Positions 1-8,820 of a stretch of DNA of 64,000 bases are shown here, piece by piece. Source of the DNA: Sinomonas atrocyanea (GTDB lineage Bacteria > Actinomycetota > Actinomycetes > Actinomycetales > Micrococcaceae). Every line of letters begins with the position of its first letter. Position 1 is the first letter of the stretch. Position numbers and translations under genes: made by a program. The stretch spans positions 290,160-354,159 of the forward strand of contig NZ_JAUSTE010000003.1 in NCBI RefSeq assembly GCF_030812675.1, written 5' to 3'. Under the pieces are notes generated by a model, which saw only the letters and a program-made list of their open reading frames with translations, was not told the DNA's origin and did not search any database.

Positions 1-1
1 G

Positions 2-118
2 CGCACGGTTCGTTCAGATGTCGCCGCTGCGTCTTGGGCAAGCGGAGCTTTTGATTCTTCACACATTGGCAAGATGGCGGCTGAGAGCAAACGGACCGAT
101 TTCCTTCTCGCTGCGTGA
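2..118 (+). CDS. 3' end of a gene truncated by the window start; possible antitoxin C-terminus of a TAC module
   Basis: Frame 2 reads through from the window edge to TGA at 116-118, 25 bp before the SecB-like start. Confidence 0.3.
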   Translation, partial: RTVRSDVAAASWASGAFDSSHIGKMAAESKRTDFLLAA

Positions 119-142
119 CCTGACCGACGAAGAGCAACATAG

Positions 143-628
143 GTGGCCACCATCAAGCGTATCGATGACGTCGTTGAGTTGTTGGGTCTAATCCAGCCGG
201 AAAATGTGATCCAAGATTCTTTCCAAGCCAGACGTGGGGCGCCTGTCGATGATGACGATATAGGGCAAGGCGTCAAGTTCAATCTTGGGTTCGACGGTGG
301 GACATTGTCGACCTCATTCGGCTTCAAGTTTGTGATGGAAGATTGTTCCTTCTACACCGACCATACCGTCGTGTGGGCGGCTGAGGAGCAGATCTCTATT
401 TCTGGTGCATGCATGGCTGACTTCCTCGAACGCGTAGCCTTCATGACTGTCTTCCCTTACTTTCGGGAGGCCATCAGCACTTTCGCGACTCGCTTGCGCG
501 TCCCGGTTCCGACTGTCGGGCTGGTTCGTCAGGGCACGGTTGATCTCCAAATCGACCCCGTTGAGATGGATGAGTTTTTGAAGGATTACACGATCGGCCC
601 CCCAGCAACGGAGCCCGAAGATGAGTAA
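143..628 (+). CDS. SecB-like chaperone, candidate chaperone of a toxin-antitoxin-chaperone (TAC) module
   Basis: 161 aa. The segment FLERVAFMTVFPYFREAISTFATRLRVPVPTVGLV parallels the SecB C-terminal crossover and helix ([28 protein letters not shown]). Local GC is clearly lower than the rest of the window. Confidence 0.5.
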   Translation: MATIKRIDDVVELLGLIQPENVIQDSFQARRGAPVDDDDIGQGVKFNLGFDGGTLSTSFGFKFVMEDCSFYTDHTVVWAAEEQISISGACMADFLERVAFMTVFPYFREAISTFATRLRVPVPTVGLVRQGTVDLQIDPVEMDEFLKDYTIGPPATEPEDE

Positions 629-784
629 CCGGCTCCGTCGCCCACCCGTTTGGTCAGGCGGTTTCATCCTGTGAGGTGCTGGGGCTCCCGTTCGAGCCAG
701 TCACCTCTGATACCCTCCTGAAGCTCAATACCGAAACTATCTGCGGAGCCGCGACTCACACGGGTCAATGCGGACCGGGCCGCG

Positions 785-1603
785 TCAGCGGTGCCTAGAA
801 CTACCCTGCACGACGGGTGGATCCTGCTTGCCTTGTTCGGCACCTTCGGCTTGGGGCGACGACTTGTTCACAGAGCCGCGCCATCCGCCGGTCGCGCCGT
901 GGGACTCCACGAAGTCCTTGAACCTCTTCAGGTCACTCTTGACCTGGGCGTTGTCGGCACCGAAAGCCGCACCGATCTTCTCGGTCGCGGAGCCCGGCTC
1001 CCAGTCGAACTGGACCGACACCCGGGATTCGGCATCATTGAGCCGCCGGAACGTCACGACGCCCGCGTGGTTGGGGCCGTCGATGCTCTTCCACGCGATC
1101 CGGTCGTCCGGGTTCTGCTCGGTGATCACCGTGTCGAACTCGCGGGTCTGCCCGGCCACCTTCGTGGTCCAGTGCAGGTGGGTGTCGTCCTGCTGTACCA
1201 CCGACTCGACGCCTCCCATGAAGTGCGGGAAGGACTCGAACTGGGTCCACTGGCCGTACGCCGTCGCAACGGGGACGGCAACATCGATCGTTTCCTGGAC
1301 CGCGGATGTAGGTTGCTCTAGACGCGCGGCGGAGTCCTGGTCGCCGGAGGACGCTTTCTCTAAGGTTCGACGGGAGAGGCTCAGCAGTGCTCTTAGCCCC
1401 CGCTCGGTGCCGTCGGGGTCGCGGACCGGCCTCTCGCCGAGGAGGGATCCTGCCCCGAGGTCGACGACCACGTCGAGCGGATGGGCCGGGAACTCGCGCG
1501 AGGCGCTCCGGGGACGTGAAGCGCCTGCACGGTGCGTCGCGGCCATGGCCATCCTCCCCTCCTCATCCGACGGCGTTCTCTGCCCCAGTCTAGGCTCGTT
1601 CAC
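785..1603 (-). CDS. SRPBCC (polyketide cyclase/dehydrase-like) domain protein with a disordered N-terminal extension
   Basis: The core ETIDVAVPVATAYGQWTQFESFPHFMGGVESV...DRIAWKSIDGPNHAGVVTFRRL is typical of a cyclase/dehydrase fold. The true start may be an internal Met. Confidence 0.55.
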   Translation of the reverse strand: MNEPRLGQRTPSDEEGRMAMAATHRAGASRPRSASREFPAHPLDVVVDLGAGSLLGERPVRDPDGTERGLRALLSLSRRTLEKASSGDQDSAARLEQPTSAVQETIDVAVPVATAYGQWTQFESFPHFMGGVESVVQQDDTHLHWTTKVAGQTREFDTVITEQNPDDRIAWKSIDGPNHAGVVTFRRLNDAESRVSVQFDWEPGSATEKIGAAFGADNAQVKSDLKRFKDFVESHGATGGWRGSVNKSSPQAEGAEQGKQDPPVVQGSSRHR

Positions 1604-1627
1604 GAAAGGTGGGGGATGGGCCGTGAA

Positions 1628-3028
1628 TCATTCGCCACGGCGCTTCAGACGCAAACGCCGTACGTTCAGCCTGTACCCGAGAAACCCTAGTATTCCGATT
1701 CCTGATGCGATCCATACTAGGGCCCAGGCCACTGCCCGCCCCTCCATAGTGAGCGGCCCTGCTGCCAGCACCCCTAGCGTCAGGAAGAACAATGCGAAGA
1801 GTCCCAGGCTGAAACGCAATGGCTTGAAGAGGACTCTGACCAAGTCGTGTTCGGCTGTCCTCGCCAACCAGGAGAGGAGCAGGGCAGGGGCGAAGAGGAC
1901 TACCGACGCCGCGGAGGACTGCAGGGGCAACCCCCTCGCGAGGAGGTGGGTCGCTCCTATCTTCTCGAGGACCAGTAGGGCTGTCAGGAGAAATACAGCA
2001 ATGTTGGCGACCGTCGTGAACCCCGTTATGCCGGATTGAGCTGGGCACGCTTCGACCCGGACGGTCGCTTGGCTGAAGCGGTGCCCCGGGCTAAGCGAGA
2101 CATGTCCGAGGGCTGCGTTCCCCTCTGGCCGGTCGAGGACGTGGTCGTGGGTGGCCTTGTCGCGTAGGGAGAGCTCACGGATGGAAAGGGCCGCCGGCAC
2201 GGTAACCTCTACATGGTGACTGCGCGCACTGCCAAAGTCGGGGACCGGGAAGGTGAAGACTGTGGTGTGCTCCCAAGGACGGCGCCTGAAGACGAGCTCC
2301 TGTTCATAGGAGATCTTCACGATGGACCGCATCCCGAGGATCCTGGCGTCGACTTCGACTAAGAGGACAAAGTGATCCATCAGGGTCCGCGCTAGGCTCT
2401 CGAAAACGTCCAAGGCCTGGTCGAGCGTTGCCTCCGCCGCGTTGGGTTCTAGTGCCTGGCGTGCGCCGTCGAGCAGGCGTCCCAGCGCCTCTTCGCCGTC
2501 GGCGCTGCCGTCCGCATAGTCGACTACATCGAGGATGAGCTGTTCCAGGTCACCACCCTTCGCGTCGTCAGGGAAGAAGGACGCTAGCATCCCAGCGGCG
2601 ACCGCTGTGTTTTCCGTGCGCGTCAGAACAGGCGCGGGCGTGCGTCCGTCCGGGCCGGTCGCGCTGAAGCGGCGAAGGGCTCCCTTGCGTATGAAGGACA
2701 GTGGCAGGAGGACGCGTCCATCAGGGCCCGGGGCTGGCGCATCACGGGGCAGGGTGAAGTCATACGAGGAGGAACGCGTGGTCTCGCCGTCCGGGCCTAG
2801 GACGATGCCATCGACCCGCCGGTGGACCCACTCCGGCGACGTGATAATCAGCCCTACGACCGCAGATCCCCGCAGGATGTCCACCCGCCGCCGGTCGCCT
2901 TCTGCGTCCACCACCTGATCACCATAGCTGCCGCTGGTTCTCGGTTGGAGAAGTGCGCGCTCAGACCCACCCAAGTTTCCAGACCAATATTCGCGCAAGA
3001 GAGTCTGACCGCAGGTCGCCAAAGACAC
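1628..3028 (-). CDS. hypothetical protein, about 330 aa soluble N-domain plus four C-terminal TM helices
   Basis: 466-aa ORF. The C-terminal 130 aa are strongly hydrophobic (VANIAVFLLTALLVLEK..., LGLFALFFLTLGVLAAGPL..., ALVWIASGIGILGFLG). No family recognised. Confidence 0.45.
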   Translation of the reverse strand: MSLATCGQTLLREYWSGNLGGSERALLQPRTSGSYGDQVVDAEGDRRRVDILRGSAVVGLIITSPEWVHRRVDGIVLGPDGETTRSSSYDFTLPRDAPAPGPDGRVLLPLSFIRKGALRRFSATGPDGRTPAPVLTRTENTAVAAGMLASFFPDDAKGGDLEQLILDVVDYADGSADGEEALGRLLDGARQALEPNAAEATLDQALDVFESLARTLMDHFVLLVEVDARILGMRSIVKISYEQELVFRRRPWEHTTVFTFPVPDFGSARSHHVEVTVPAALSIRELSLRDKATHDHVLDRPEGNAALGHVSLSPGHRFSQATVRVEACPAQSGITGFTTVANIAVFLLTALLVLEKIGATHLLARGLPLQSSAASVVLFAPALLLSWLARTAEHDLVRVLFKPLRFSLGLFALFFLTLGVLAAGPLTMEGRAVAWALVWIASGIGILGFLGYRLNVRRLRLKRRGE

Positions 3029-3163
3029 GCTCGTCGACGATCCTTCCAGTGAAGCAGAGGGGCCGGTCAGCAGCCCGATCGAGCCAGCAGGGCTGAGGCC
3101 GGAGGCGCATCTCTCACCGAATTACTTGCTTTGTTCGGACTTCTCCAAAAGGCTGCACAATTT

Positions 3164-3847
3164 CTACTGGCCCACATCCGGCTCATCGTCCTCGTGCCGA
3201 GCCAGCCGGCGCACTTCCGAGGCCAGCACGTCAACTGTTGTGGCCACCCGGTCGATGGATTCCCGAACGAGATGAAGGCTGCCCTGCCCTTGGGCCCTCA
3301 TGAGCCGCCAGTCGTCAGGATCGACGTCGTACTCGAGAGGCGCAAGAGGCCCAAATGGCCCGTTTGCCTCAACACGGATCGTCCGTCGGTGTCCGCCCTC
3401 AAGTGCCAGTATTCGGTGTGCCACGCCGAGGTTCCACCTCAGGATCCGGCCAGGAGCAAGCGACTTTATTCCTGTGGCGAGACGAGCCTCGATGGCTCGT
3501 ACCTGTTCTATGTTGTTGTCCGTGGCGGGCAAGGGCGGTTTGACGGTCACACGAACGTGGGTTGTAATGGTCGGCCCGCTGTTGCCCAGCTCGAGATGGA
3601 GGAGCGCCGCCTGCGTGGCGTCCTCACGCAAGTCTGCCCATACGTAGGGCTGGGCCGCGTCCTCGCGCAGCTGGCGCTGTATGGCAGTCTGCTCGGCGGC
3701 GGTTCTCGCCTGCGCCTTGGCAATCTCTGTCTGTTCCTTCGCCACCGCAGCCTGGCTTCGCGCTGCCCTCCCTGCCATAGCGGTGAAGTAGAGCGCCACG
3801 AGCGAGACGACCCCGGCAGCGACGGCCAGCCAAGTCTGTGCATCCAT
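3164..3847 (-). CDS. hypothetical membrane-anchored protein (N-terminal TM followed by a coiled coil)
   Basis: 227-aa ORF with N-terminal WLAVAAGVVSLVALYFTAMAG and an Ala/Gln-rich helix. It sits co-directional upstream of the 1628-3028 gene. Confidence 0.4.
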   Translation of the reverse strand: MDAQTWLAVAAGVVSLVALYFTAMAGRAARSQAAVAKEQTEIAKAQARTAAEQTAIQRQLREDAAQPYVWADLREDATQAALLHLELGNSGPTITTHVRVTVKPPLPATDNNIEQVRAIEARLATGIKSLAPGRILRWNLGVAHRILALEGGHRRTIRVEANGPFGPLAPLEYDVDPDDWRLMRAQGQGSLHLVRESIDRVATTVDVLASEVRRLARHEDDEPDVGQ

Positions 3848-4050
3848 GAGCAGACCATCGCATCCGCATCCCGATCACGGCGGGCTGACACGCAGGGGTC
3901 ACCCGAGCACCTGCGTGCGACCTCGTCATCGAACTCGTATCGCGCACTCAGAAGTCCTTTACTCAAGGTCAAGGGCGCCTCACGCCTTCGGCGAACCTTC
4001 GCTCTGATTCACCCTTGTTTCGCTCGGCGTCGCTCAACACGGCCGCCCGG

Positions 4051-4392
4051 CTATTGGTCGTGCCCAGGTTTTGGGCCGTCCTCCAGCCGGGTCGTCGCGC
4101 GGCGGCCACCCCGAAAGACGCGTCGCTGCGGTTCCGTCCGCGACGGAATCAACAGGTCGGAAACGTCGACGCCGAGCGCTTCCGCTATGTCCCAGAGCCG
4201 CTCGTAGCTCAGGCCGTTGCGTCCCCACTCAACGTAGATCACCATCGTGCGGTCCAGGCCTGACTCCAACGCCAGCGCTTCCTGGGTGAGCCCACGTTGA
4301 GTGCGGAGCTCACGGATGCGCGCCCCGACCTGCTTGCGGCGTCGCTGCCAACGCTCAAGACGGTCGGCGGACACCTCGCGGGGAACAGGCAC
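4051..4392 (-). CDS. XRE-family helix-turn-helix transcriptional regulator
   Basis: IRELRTQRGLTQEALALESGLDRTMVIYVEWGRNGLSYERLWDIAEALGV is a Cro/C1-type HTH. It is divergent from the 4474-6342 operon. Confidence 0.7.
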   Translation of the reverse strand: MPVPREVSADRLERWQRRRKQVGARIRELRTQRGLTQEALALESGLDRTMVIYVEWGRNGLSYERLWDIAEALGVDVSDLLIPSRTEPQRRVFRGGRRATTRLEDGPKPGHDQ

Positions 4393-4473
4393 CCACTCAT
4401 GTCACTAAGATGGAATCTCGTTGTCTGTAGAACTAGTTCGACATCCGTCGATACGAGACGAGGAACACAAACT

Positions 4474-4686
4474 TTGGCCGTGCACGTCGCCCTCAACCTG
4501 TCCAATGAAGTCTCTGTGCGTGACCTCCGCACGTTCCTGAACTGCATCCCCCAGTACTTCGACGCCAACCAAGACCTCCGCTACTTCACCGGCGAAGAAG
4601 ACAGGGCCTCTTTCCTCGCCGTCGTGTTTCCAAGCCTTGAGTCCCGGCATGCAGCCGATGCCGAAACTCACGGCGCGGCGGCATGA
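4474..4686 (+). CDS. small hypothetical protein (start uncertain; TTG at 4474 or GTG at 4480)
   Basis: The frame is open from 4297 but its 5' part overlaps the XRE gene. Its stop overlaps the next ORF's start (ATGA at 4683). Confidence 0.25.
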   Translation: MAVHVALNLSNEVSVRDLRTFLNCIPQYFDANQDLRYFTGEEDRASFLAVVFPSLESRHAADAETHGAAA

Positions 4687-5048
4687 ATTCAGGGAGATCC
4701 GATGAGACGGCGTCACCTAGCCGGGAGGAGGCGCGGTCCGTGTCACCAGTGGTGGTTACTGATCTCGACTTCGGGCAGTACGTCGTCGTGACTGAGTCGG
4801 CCTCGGTCTACATCCTGGACATCGGCGGCCCTGAATCAAGCACTCTGAATCGGATGCCAGCCGGAGGGCCTGTCGGCGACTATGACGCCGCAGTCCTCCG
4901 GAGGGATGGGGAGACCGTCCCCCTGCTCGGAATCCTCCGGCTCGAAATGGGGCTACCCGCTGTATTTCTCATCGACGTTCGAGGTGACGGCGTACCTACA
5001 GTCCGGGGGACCACCCCGGTGGCTGGTATCGAGAGGCTGGAAAAGTGA
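4683..5048 (+). CDS. hypothetical protein
   Basis: 121-aa ORF. It has 4-bp start/stop overlaps on both sides (ATGA upstream, GTGA downstream), which suggests translational coupling. Confidence 0.4.
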   Translation: MNSGRSDETASPSREEARSVSPVVVTDLDFGQYVVVTESASVYILDIGGPESSTLNRMPAGGPVGDYDAAVLRRDGETVPLLGILRLEMGLPAVFLIDVRGDGVPTVRGTTPVAGIERLEK

Positions 5049-5821
5049 ATCCGTACACCTTCGCGGTTGCCGGTGACTGGCACGGTGACATTCAGATCGC
5101 GCGCCATACGGTGCGGGTCCTTGGGCGTTTAGGGATCAAGACGCTCTTCCACGTCGGCGATCTGGCCGTGCGCTGGCCTGGGCGGGAGAAAGGCAAGTTC
5201 GACCGTCGCCTGGAGCATGAACTCGCGTCGGCCGGGGTTCAATTCCTCTTCGCCGATGGGAATCATGACAACCACAAGGAGCTTCGGGGCCTTCCGCTGC
5301 AGGCCGACGGCACCCGGCGTCTCTCGGACCACGTCTCGTACATCCCACGAGGCACGGTTCTAGAAGTCGGAGAACTGCGGATAGGGGCACTCGGGGGTGC
5401 ATATTCCGTTGACAGGAAATGGCGGACCGAAGGCAAAGACCTGTGGGCCGACCTCGAAGAGCCGACGGCCCTCGAGGCCGAGCTGCTCATTTCACGTGGC
5501 CCCATTGACGTTCTCATCTGCCACGACGTGCCGGCTGGTGTGACCGGCCTCCGACACGACCTGAAGCTTCCGCGCGAGATCGATTTCGCGAGCCGCCGCA
5601 CTCGGGATCTGCTTCAGCACGTGGTCGAATCCATGCGGCCTCGCCTCGCGTTCGCCGGGCACTGGCACCAGCGTCACACCGAAGTCCTTGGATGGCCCGA
5701 CGGCACCTCCACCATCGTCCACGTCCTACCGCACGAGACCTACTGGGGGTCCAACAGCGCCATCGTCAGCTCCCATGATGACGGGCTGATCGTAGTCGAG
5801 CCTCTGCCGAGGAAGCTCTGA
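5045..5821 (+). CDS. calcineurin-like metallophosphoesterase (PPP/class III phosphodiesterase-like)
   Basis: Motifs GDWHGD, GDLAVRW, GNHDN and C-terminal GHWHQRH match the metallophosphoesterase signature. Confidence 0.75.
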   Translation: MNPYTFAVAGDWHGDIQIARHTVRVLGRLGIKTLFHVGDLAVRWPGREKGKFDRRLEHELASAGVQFLFADGNHDNHKELRGLPLQADGTRRLSDHVSYIPRGTVLEVGELRIGALGGAYSVDRKWRTEGKDLWADLEEPTALEAELLISRGPIDVLICHDVPAGVTGLRHDLKLPREIDFASRRTRDLLQHVVESMRPRLAFAGHWHQRHTEVLGWPDGTSTIVHVLPHETYWGSNSAIVSSHDDGLIVVEPLPRKL

Positions 5822-6342
5822 GCGGCCCCCTCGTCCACCTGTACCTGGACGTCGACGGCGTGCTTATCGCGGAGGCTGCCCGCCGCGACGACGAGGAGCC
5901 GCCATGGCCCGGCGGGTTCGTCACTGCCTACCCCTACACGGACGCTCAGGTCGCCCCGGCCATGGTCCAGGCTCTCAACGCGCTGATCGCCAAGGAGCAT
6001 ATTGTTGGCTACTGGGTCACATCGTGGGGCTACGAAGCGCCGACATTCGGCGAAAGCATCGGACTGCGTGGCTCATTGGAGTGGCCAGTGCTCGAGGCCG
6101 GCACGCCGACCTGGGGCACATGGAACAAGGCCGCAGTGGTACGCGAGCATGTGCGCGAGACCGGTCCGGACGCAGCGGTGTGGATCGACGACCAGCTCAG
6201 GCAGCAGCATCGCGCCAAAGCATGGGCGTTGCACGCGGGGGTCCAGCCCATCACGCCGAGTCCCGTCTACGGCATTACGCCGCGCGAACTCCAGGTGGTC
6301 GAGCGGTACATCGAGGGGCGCCTCGCCCGTCCCGGGAGGTAG
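5818..6342 (+). CDS. HAD-like hydrolase with an ambiguous N-terminus; the catalytic-Asp motif lies upstream of the first canonical start
   Basis: Frame 1 is open from 5782 and encodes LVHLYLDVDGVLI (HAD motif I, DxDG) at 5830-5868 with AAVWIDDQL downstream. The first ATG/GTG/TTG is the GTG at 5860, which falls after the first Asp. A CTG sits at 5818 and 5839. Confidence 0.4.
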   Translation: MSGPLVHLYLDVDGVLIAEAARRDDEEPPWPGGFVTAYPYTDAQVAPAMVQALNALIAKEHIVGYWVTSWGYEAPTFGESIGLRGSLEWPVLEAGTPTWGTWNKAAVVREHVRETGPDAAVWIDDQLRQQHRAKAWALHAGVQPITPSPVYGITPRELQVVERYIEGRLARPGR

Positions 6343-6831
6343 CAAGACAGACTCCTATTCTGGGCTGCGCTCTAGGGCATCTGGACGGTGCCCGCTATAC
6401 GCTCTGCCCCGGCTGCGTTAGGGCCGGAGCCGGATATTCTTCAACGCCGCGCAGCGCAGCGCTCTCTGACGCGTGAGGAAGACCGGGGCGTTCTCGGCGC
6501 AGACTGCTTCGACCGCACCGTGCTCCAGGAGAAGCAGCTTGCGGATCGCCTACCGACGCCGTGCGCCAGGTGTCACGGAGACTCACGCGAGGGGACGCTA
6601 CCGACTCTCTCATTCCGGGCCACGACGAGCTTGGCACGCCGAGGACTCCGCCTCCGAGTCCCTGGACTCAGGGGAGACAGTTTTGCTCTCGAAGTCCTTT
6701 GGGTCTTGCCAAATGGAGGAGACAGGGGTTCGTCCGCTGAGGACGGGAGACACCCCCTCATCCCGACCAAAGCGCTAATTCTCCGGGGGCCATGAGGTGG
6801 CCTTACGGCGCGGGTGCGGCGGCCGATAGTG

Positions 6832-6858
6832 GGGGGCGAGGCACTGAGCCTCGCCCCC
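6832..6858 (+). promoter_or_regulatory. perfect 11-bp-stem hairpin GGGGGCGAGGC-actga-GCCTCGCCCCC, 19 nt upstream of the flbD start
   Basis: Seen directly in the sequence; no U-tract follows it. Confidence 0.35.
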
Positions 6859-6876
6859 GAGCAGAAGAACGGCCCC

Positions 6877-7167
6877 ATGATCGCAGTCACCCGCCTCAAC
6901 GGGTCACGCTTCGCAGTCAATCCCGACCTCATCGAGCGCGTGCAGGAGAACCCTGACACGACCCTCGTGATGGTCGGGGGCGCCACGTACGTGGTGCGGG
7001 AGAGCCTCGCCGAGATCATCGGGCTCATCGCGGACTACCGCGCCCTCGTGCTCGCCACAGCACGCGGGCTCACGGTGGGCCAGGGGCAACAGCTCAGCCT
7101 CGTGCGGGGGACAGCGGAGAACGACCCAGGCCCGGGGGCCACACCCCTGCGCCCCACCCAGCGCTAG
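6877..7167 (+). CDS. flbD: flagellar protein FlbD
   Basis: MIAVTRLNGSRFAVNPDLIERVQENPDTTLVMVGGATYVVRESLAEIIGLIADYR matches the FlbD family pattern and lies directly upstream of motA. Confidence 0.7.
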   Translation: MIAVTRLNGSRFAVNPDLIERVQENPDTTLVMVGGATYVVRESLAEIIGLIADYRALVLATARGLTVGQGQQLSLVRGTAENDPGPGATPLRPTQR

Positions 7168-7179
7168 GAGAACACCACC

Positions 7180-7980
7180 ATGGACCCGTCACTCATCGTC
7201 GGACTCGTCCTCGCGTTCGGGTCCGTCGTCGCGATCGTGTCGATGGAGGGCGCGAGCGTCACGGCCCTCATCCTGCCCCCGCCCATGATCCTCGTCTTCG
7301 GGGCCACCATCGCCGTCGGCCTCGCCGGCAACACCCTCAAGGACACGCTGCGCGCCTTCCGCGCCGTCCCGCGGGCGGCGACCGGCCGCGCCCCCAAGCC
7401 GCAGGAGAGCATCGACAAGATCATCGCGCTCGCGGAGAAGGCGCGCGCCGAGGGCCTCCTCTCGCTCGAGGCCGAGGCCACTGACACGAAGGACCCCTTC
7501 CTCTCGCGCGCGCTGCAGAACGTGGCCGACGGCACCGACGCCGAGGAGCTGCGCATCATGATGGAGGACGAGATCGGCACGAAGTCCCGCGCCGACCACG
7601 CCGACTCCAAGTTCTTCGCAGCCCTCGGCGGCTACGCCCCCACCATGGGCATCATCGGCACGGTGGTCTCGCTCACCCACGTGCTCGAGAACCTCTCCGA
7701 CCCCACGTCACTGGGCCCGATGATCGCCAGCGCGTTCATTGCCACCCTGTGGGGCCTGCTCTCCGCCAACTTCATCTGGCTGCCGATCTCGGCCCGCATC
7801 ACCCGCCTGTCCGAGCTCGAGATCGAGCGCATGACGCTCATCATGGAGGGCATCCTGGCCGTCCAGGGCGGGGCCCAGCCCATGCTCCTCGCGGACCGCC
7901 TCCGCGCAATGGTCCCCGAGCACCATGTCAAGGACCGGGGCAGGGCGGACGCGAAGGAGAAGATGAGGGCCGCCGCGTGA
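7180..7980 (+). CDS. motA: flagellar motor stator protein MotA
   Basis: 266 aa with four TM segments and MotA/TolQ/ExbB-like AALGGYAPTMGIIGTVVSLTHVL. An AGGAGA RBS lies upstream. Confidence 0.85.
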   Translation: MDPSLIVGLVLAFGSVVAIVSMEGASVTALILPPPMILVFGATIAVGLAGNTLKDTLRAFRAVPRAATGRAPKPQESIDKIIALAEKARAEGLLSLEAEATDTKDPFLSRALQNVADGTDAEELRIMMEDEIGTKSRADHADSKFFAALGGYAPTMGIIGTVVSLTHVLENLSDPTSLGPMIASAFIATLWGLLSANFIWLPISARITRLSELEIERMTLIMEGILAVQGGAQPMLLADRLRAMVPEHHVKDRGRADAKEKMRAAA

Positions 7981-8774
7981 GCCGACGCCGCACCCCGCGC
8001 AAGCCCCCCGAGCCCTTCCACGTCGACGAGCGCTGGGCCATCTCCTACATGGACATGATCACGGTCCTGTTCTGCCTGTTCGTGGTGCTCTATGCGATGT
8101 CCACCGTGGACCAGAACCGGTTCGAGAAGCTGCGCAACTCCCTGGCGACGGGCTTCGGCACCACTGTCACCCAGAAGATCGACACCGCCACCGGCACCGT
8201 GGTCCCGCCGGACAAGGCCAGCAAGGACACCGAGGGCTTCTCGAGCCTCGCCCTGGCGACCAAGGAGGTCGAGAGGCTCACGGCCCTGAAGGAGCAGATG
8301 ACCGCGCGCCTCGACGCGAAGGGCCTCCTCGGGGACGTGCAGTTCACGATCGACCAGCGCGGGCTCACGGTGCGGCTCGTCGGGTCCCAGACGTTCTTCA
8401 GCCCGGACAGCTCGGCGCTCACCCCGCGCGCGGTGGGCGTGCTCGACGCGATCACGCCCGTGATCGTCCCGACGCCGCTGCACGTCTCGGTCGAGGGGCA
8501 CGCCGCGAACCTCATCACGGGCTACCCCTCGGTCTGGGAGCTCTCCTCCGAGCGGGCCACCAAGGTGCTGCGCGTCATGGTCGAGCGCGACGCGCTGCCG
8601 GGCGCCCGCATCGGCGCCACCGGCTACGGCTCGTCCCGCCCCGCCAACACGGGCACGAGCGACGCCGACTACGAGCAGAACCGCCGCGTCGACGTCGTCG
8701 TGCTCTCCGACCAGTCCGAGGAGGTCCGGGCGCTCATCCCGGAGGCGCTCAAGGCCCGGGCGGGACAGAAGTAG
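7977..8774 (+). CDS. motB: flagellar motor protein MotB (OmpA-like C-terminus)
   Basis: The GTG start overlaps the motA stop (GTGA). N-terminal MSRRRTPRKPPEPFHVDERWAISYMDMITVLFCLFVVLYAM is followed by an OmpA-like domain (VSVEGHAANL...RRVDVVVL). Confidence 0.8.
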   Translation: MSRRRTPRKPPEPFHVDERWAISYMDMITVLFCLFVVLYAMSTVDQNRFEKLRNSLATGFGTTVTQKIDTATGTVVPPDKASKDTEGFSSLALATKEVERLTALKEQMTARLDAKGLLGDVQFTIDQRGLTVRLVGSQTFFSPDSSALTPRAVGVLDAITPVIVPTPLHVSVEGHAANLITGYPSVWELSSERATKVLRVMVERDALPGARIGATGYGSSRPANTGTSDADYEQNRRVDVVVLSDQSEEVRALIPEALKARAGQK

Positions 8775-8820
8775 GCGGGGCCCCAGGGAGGGGGCGCTGT
8801 TGGCAGGGCACCCGCGCCGC

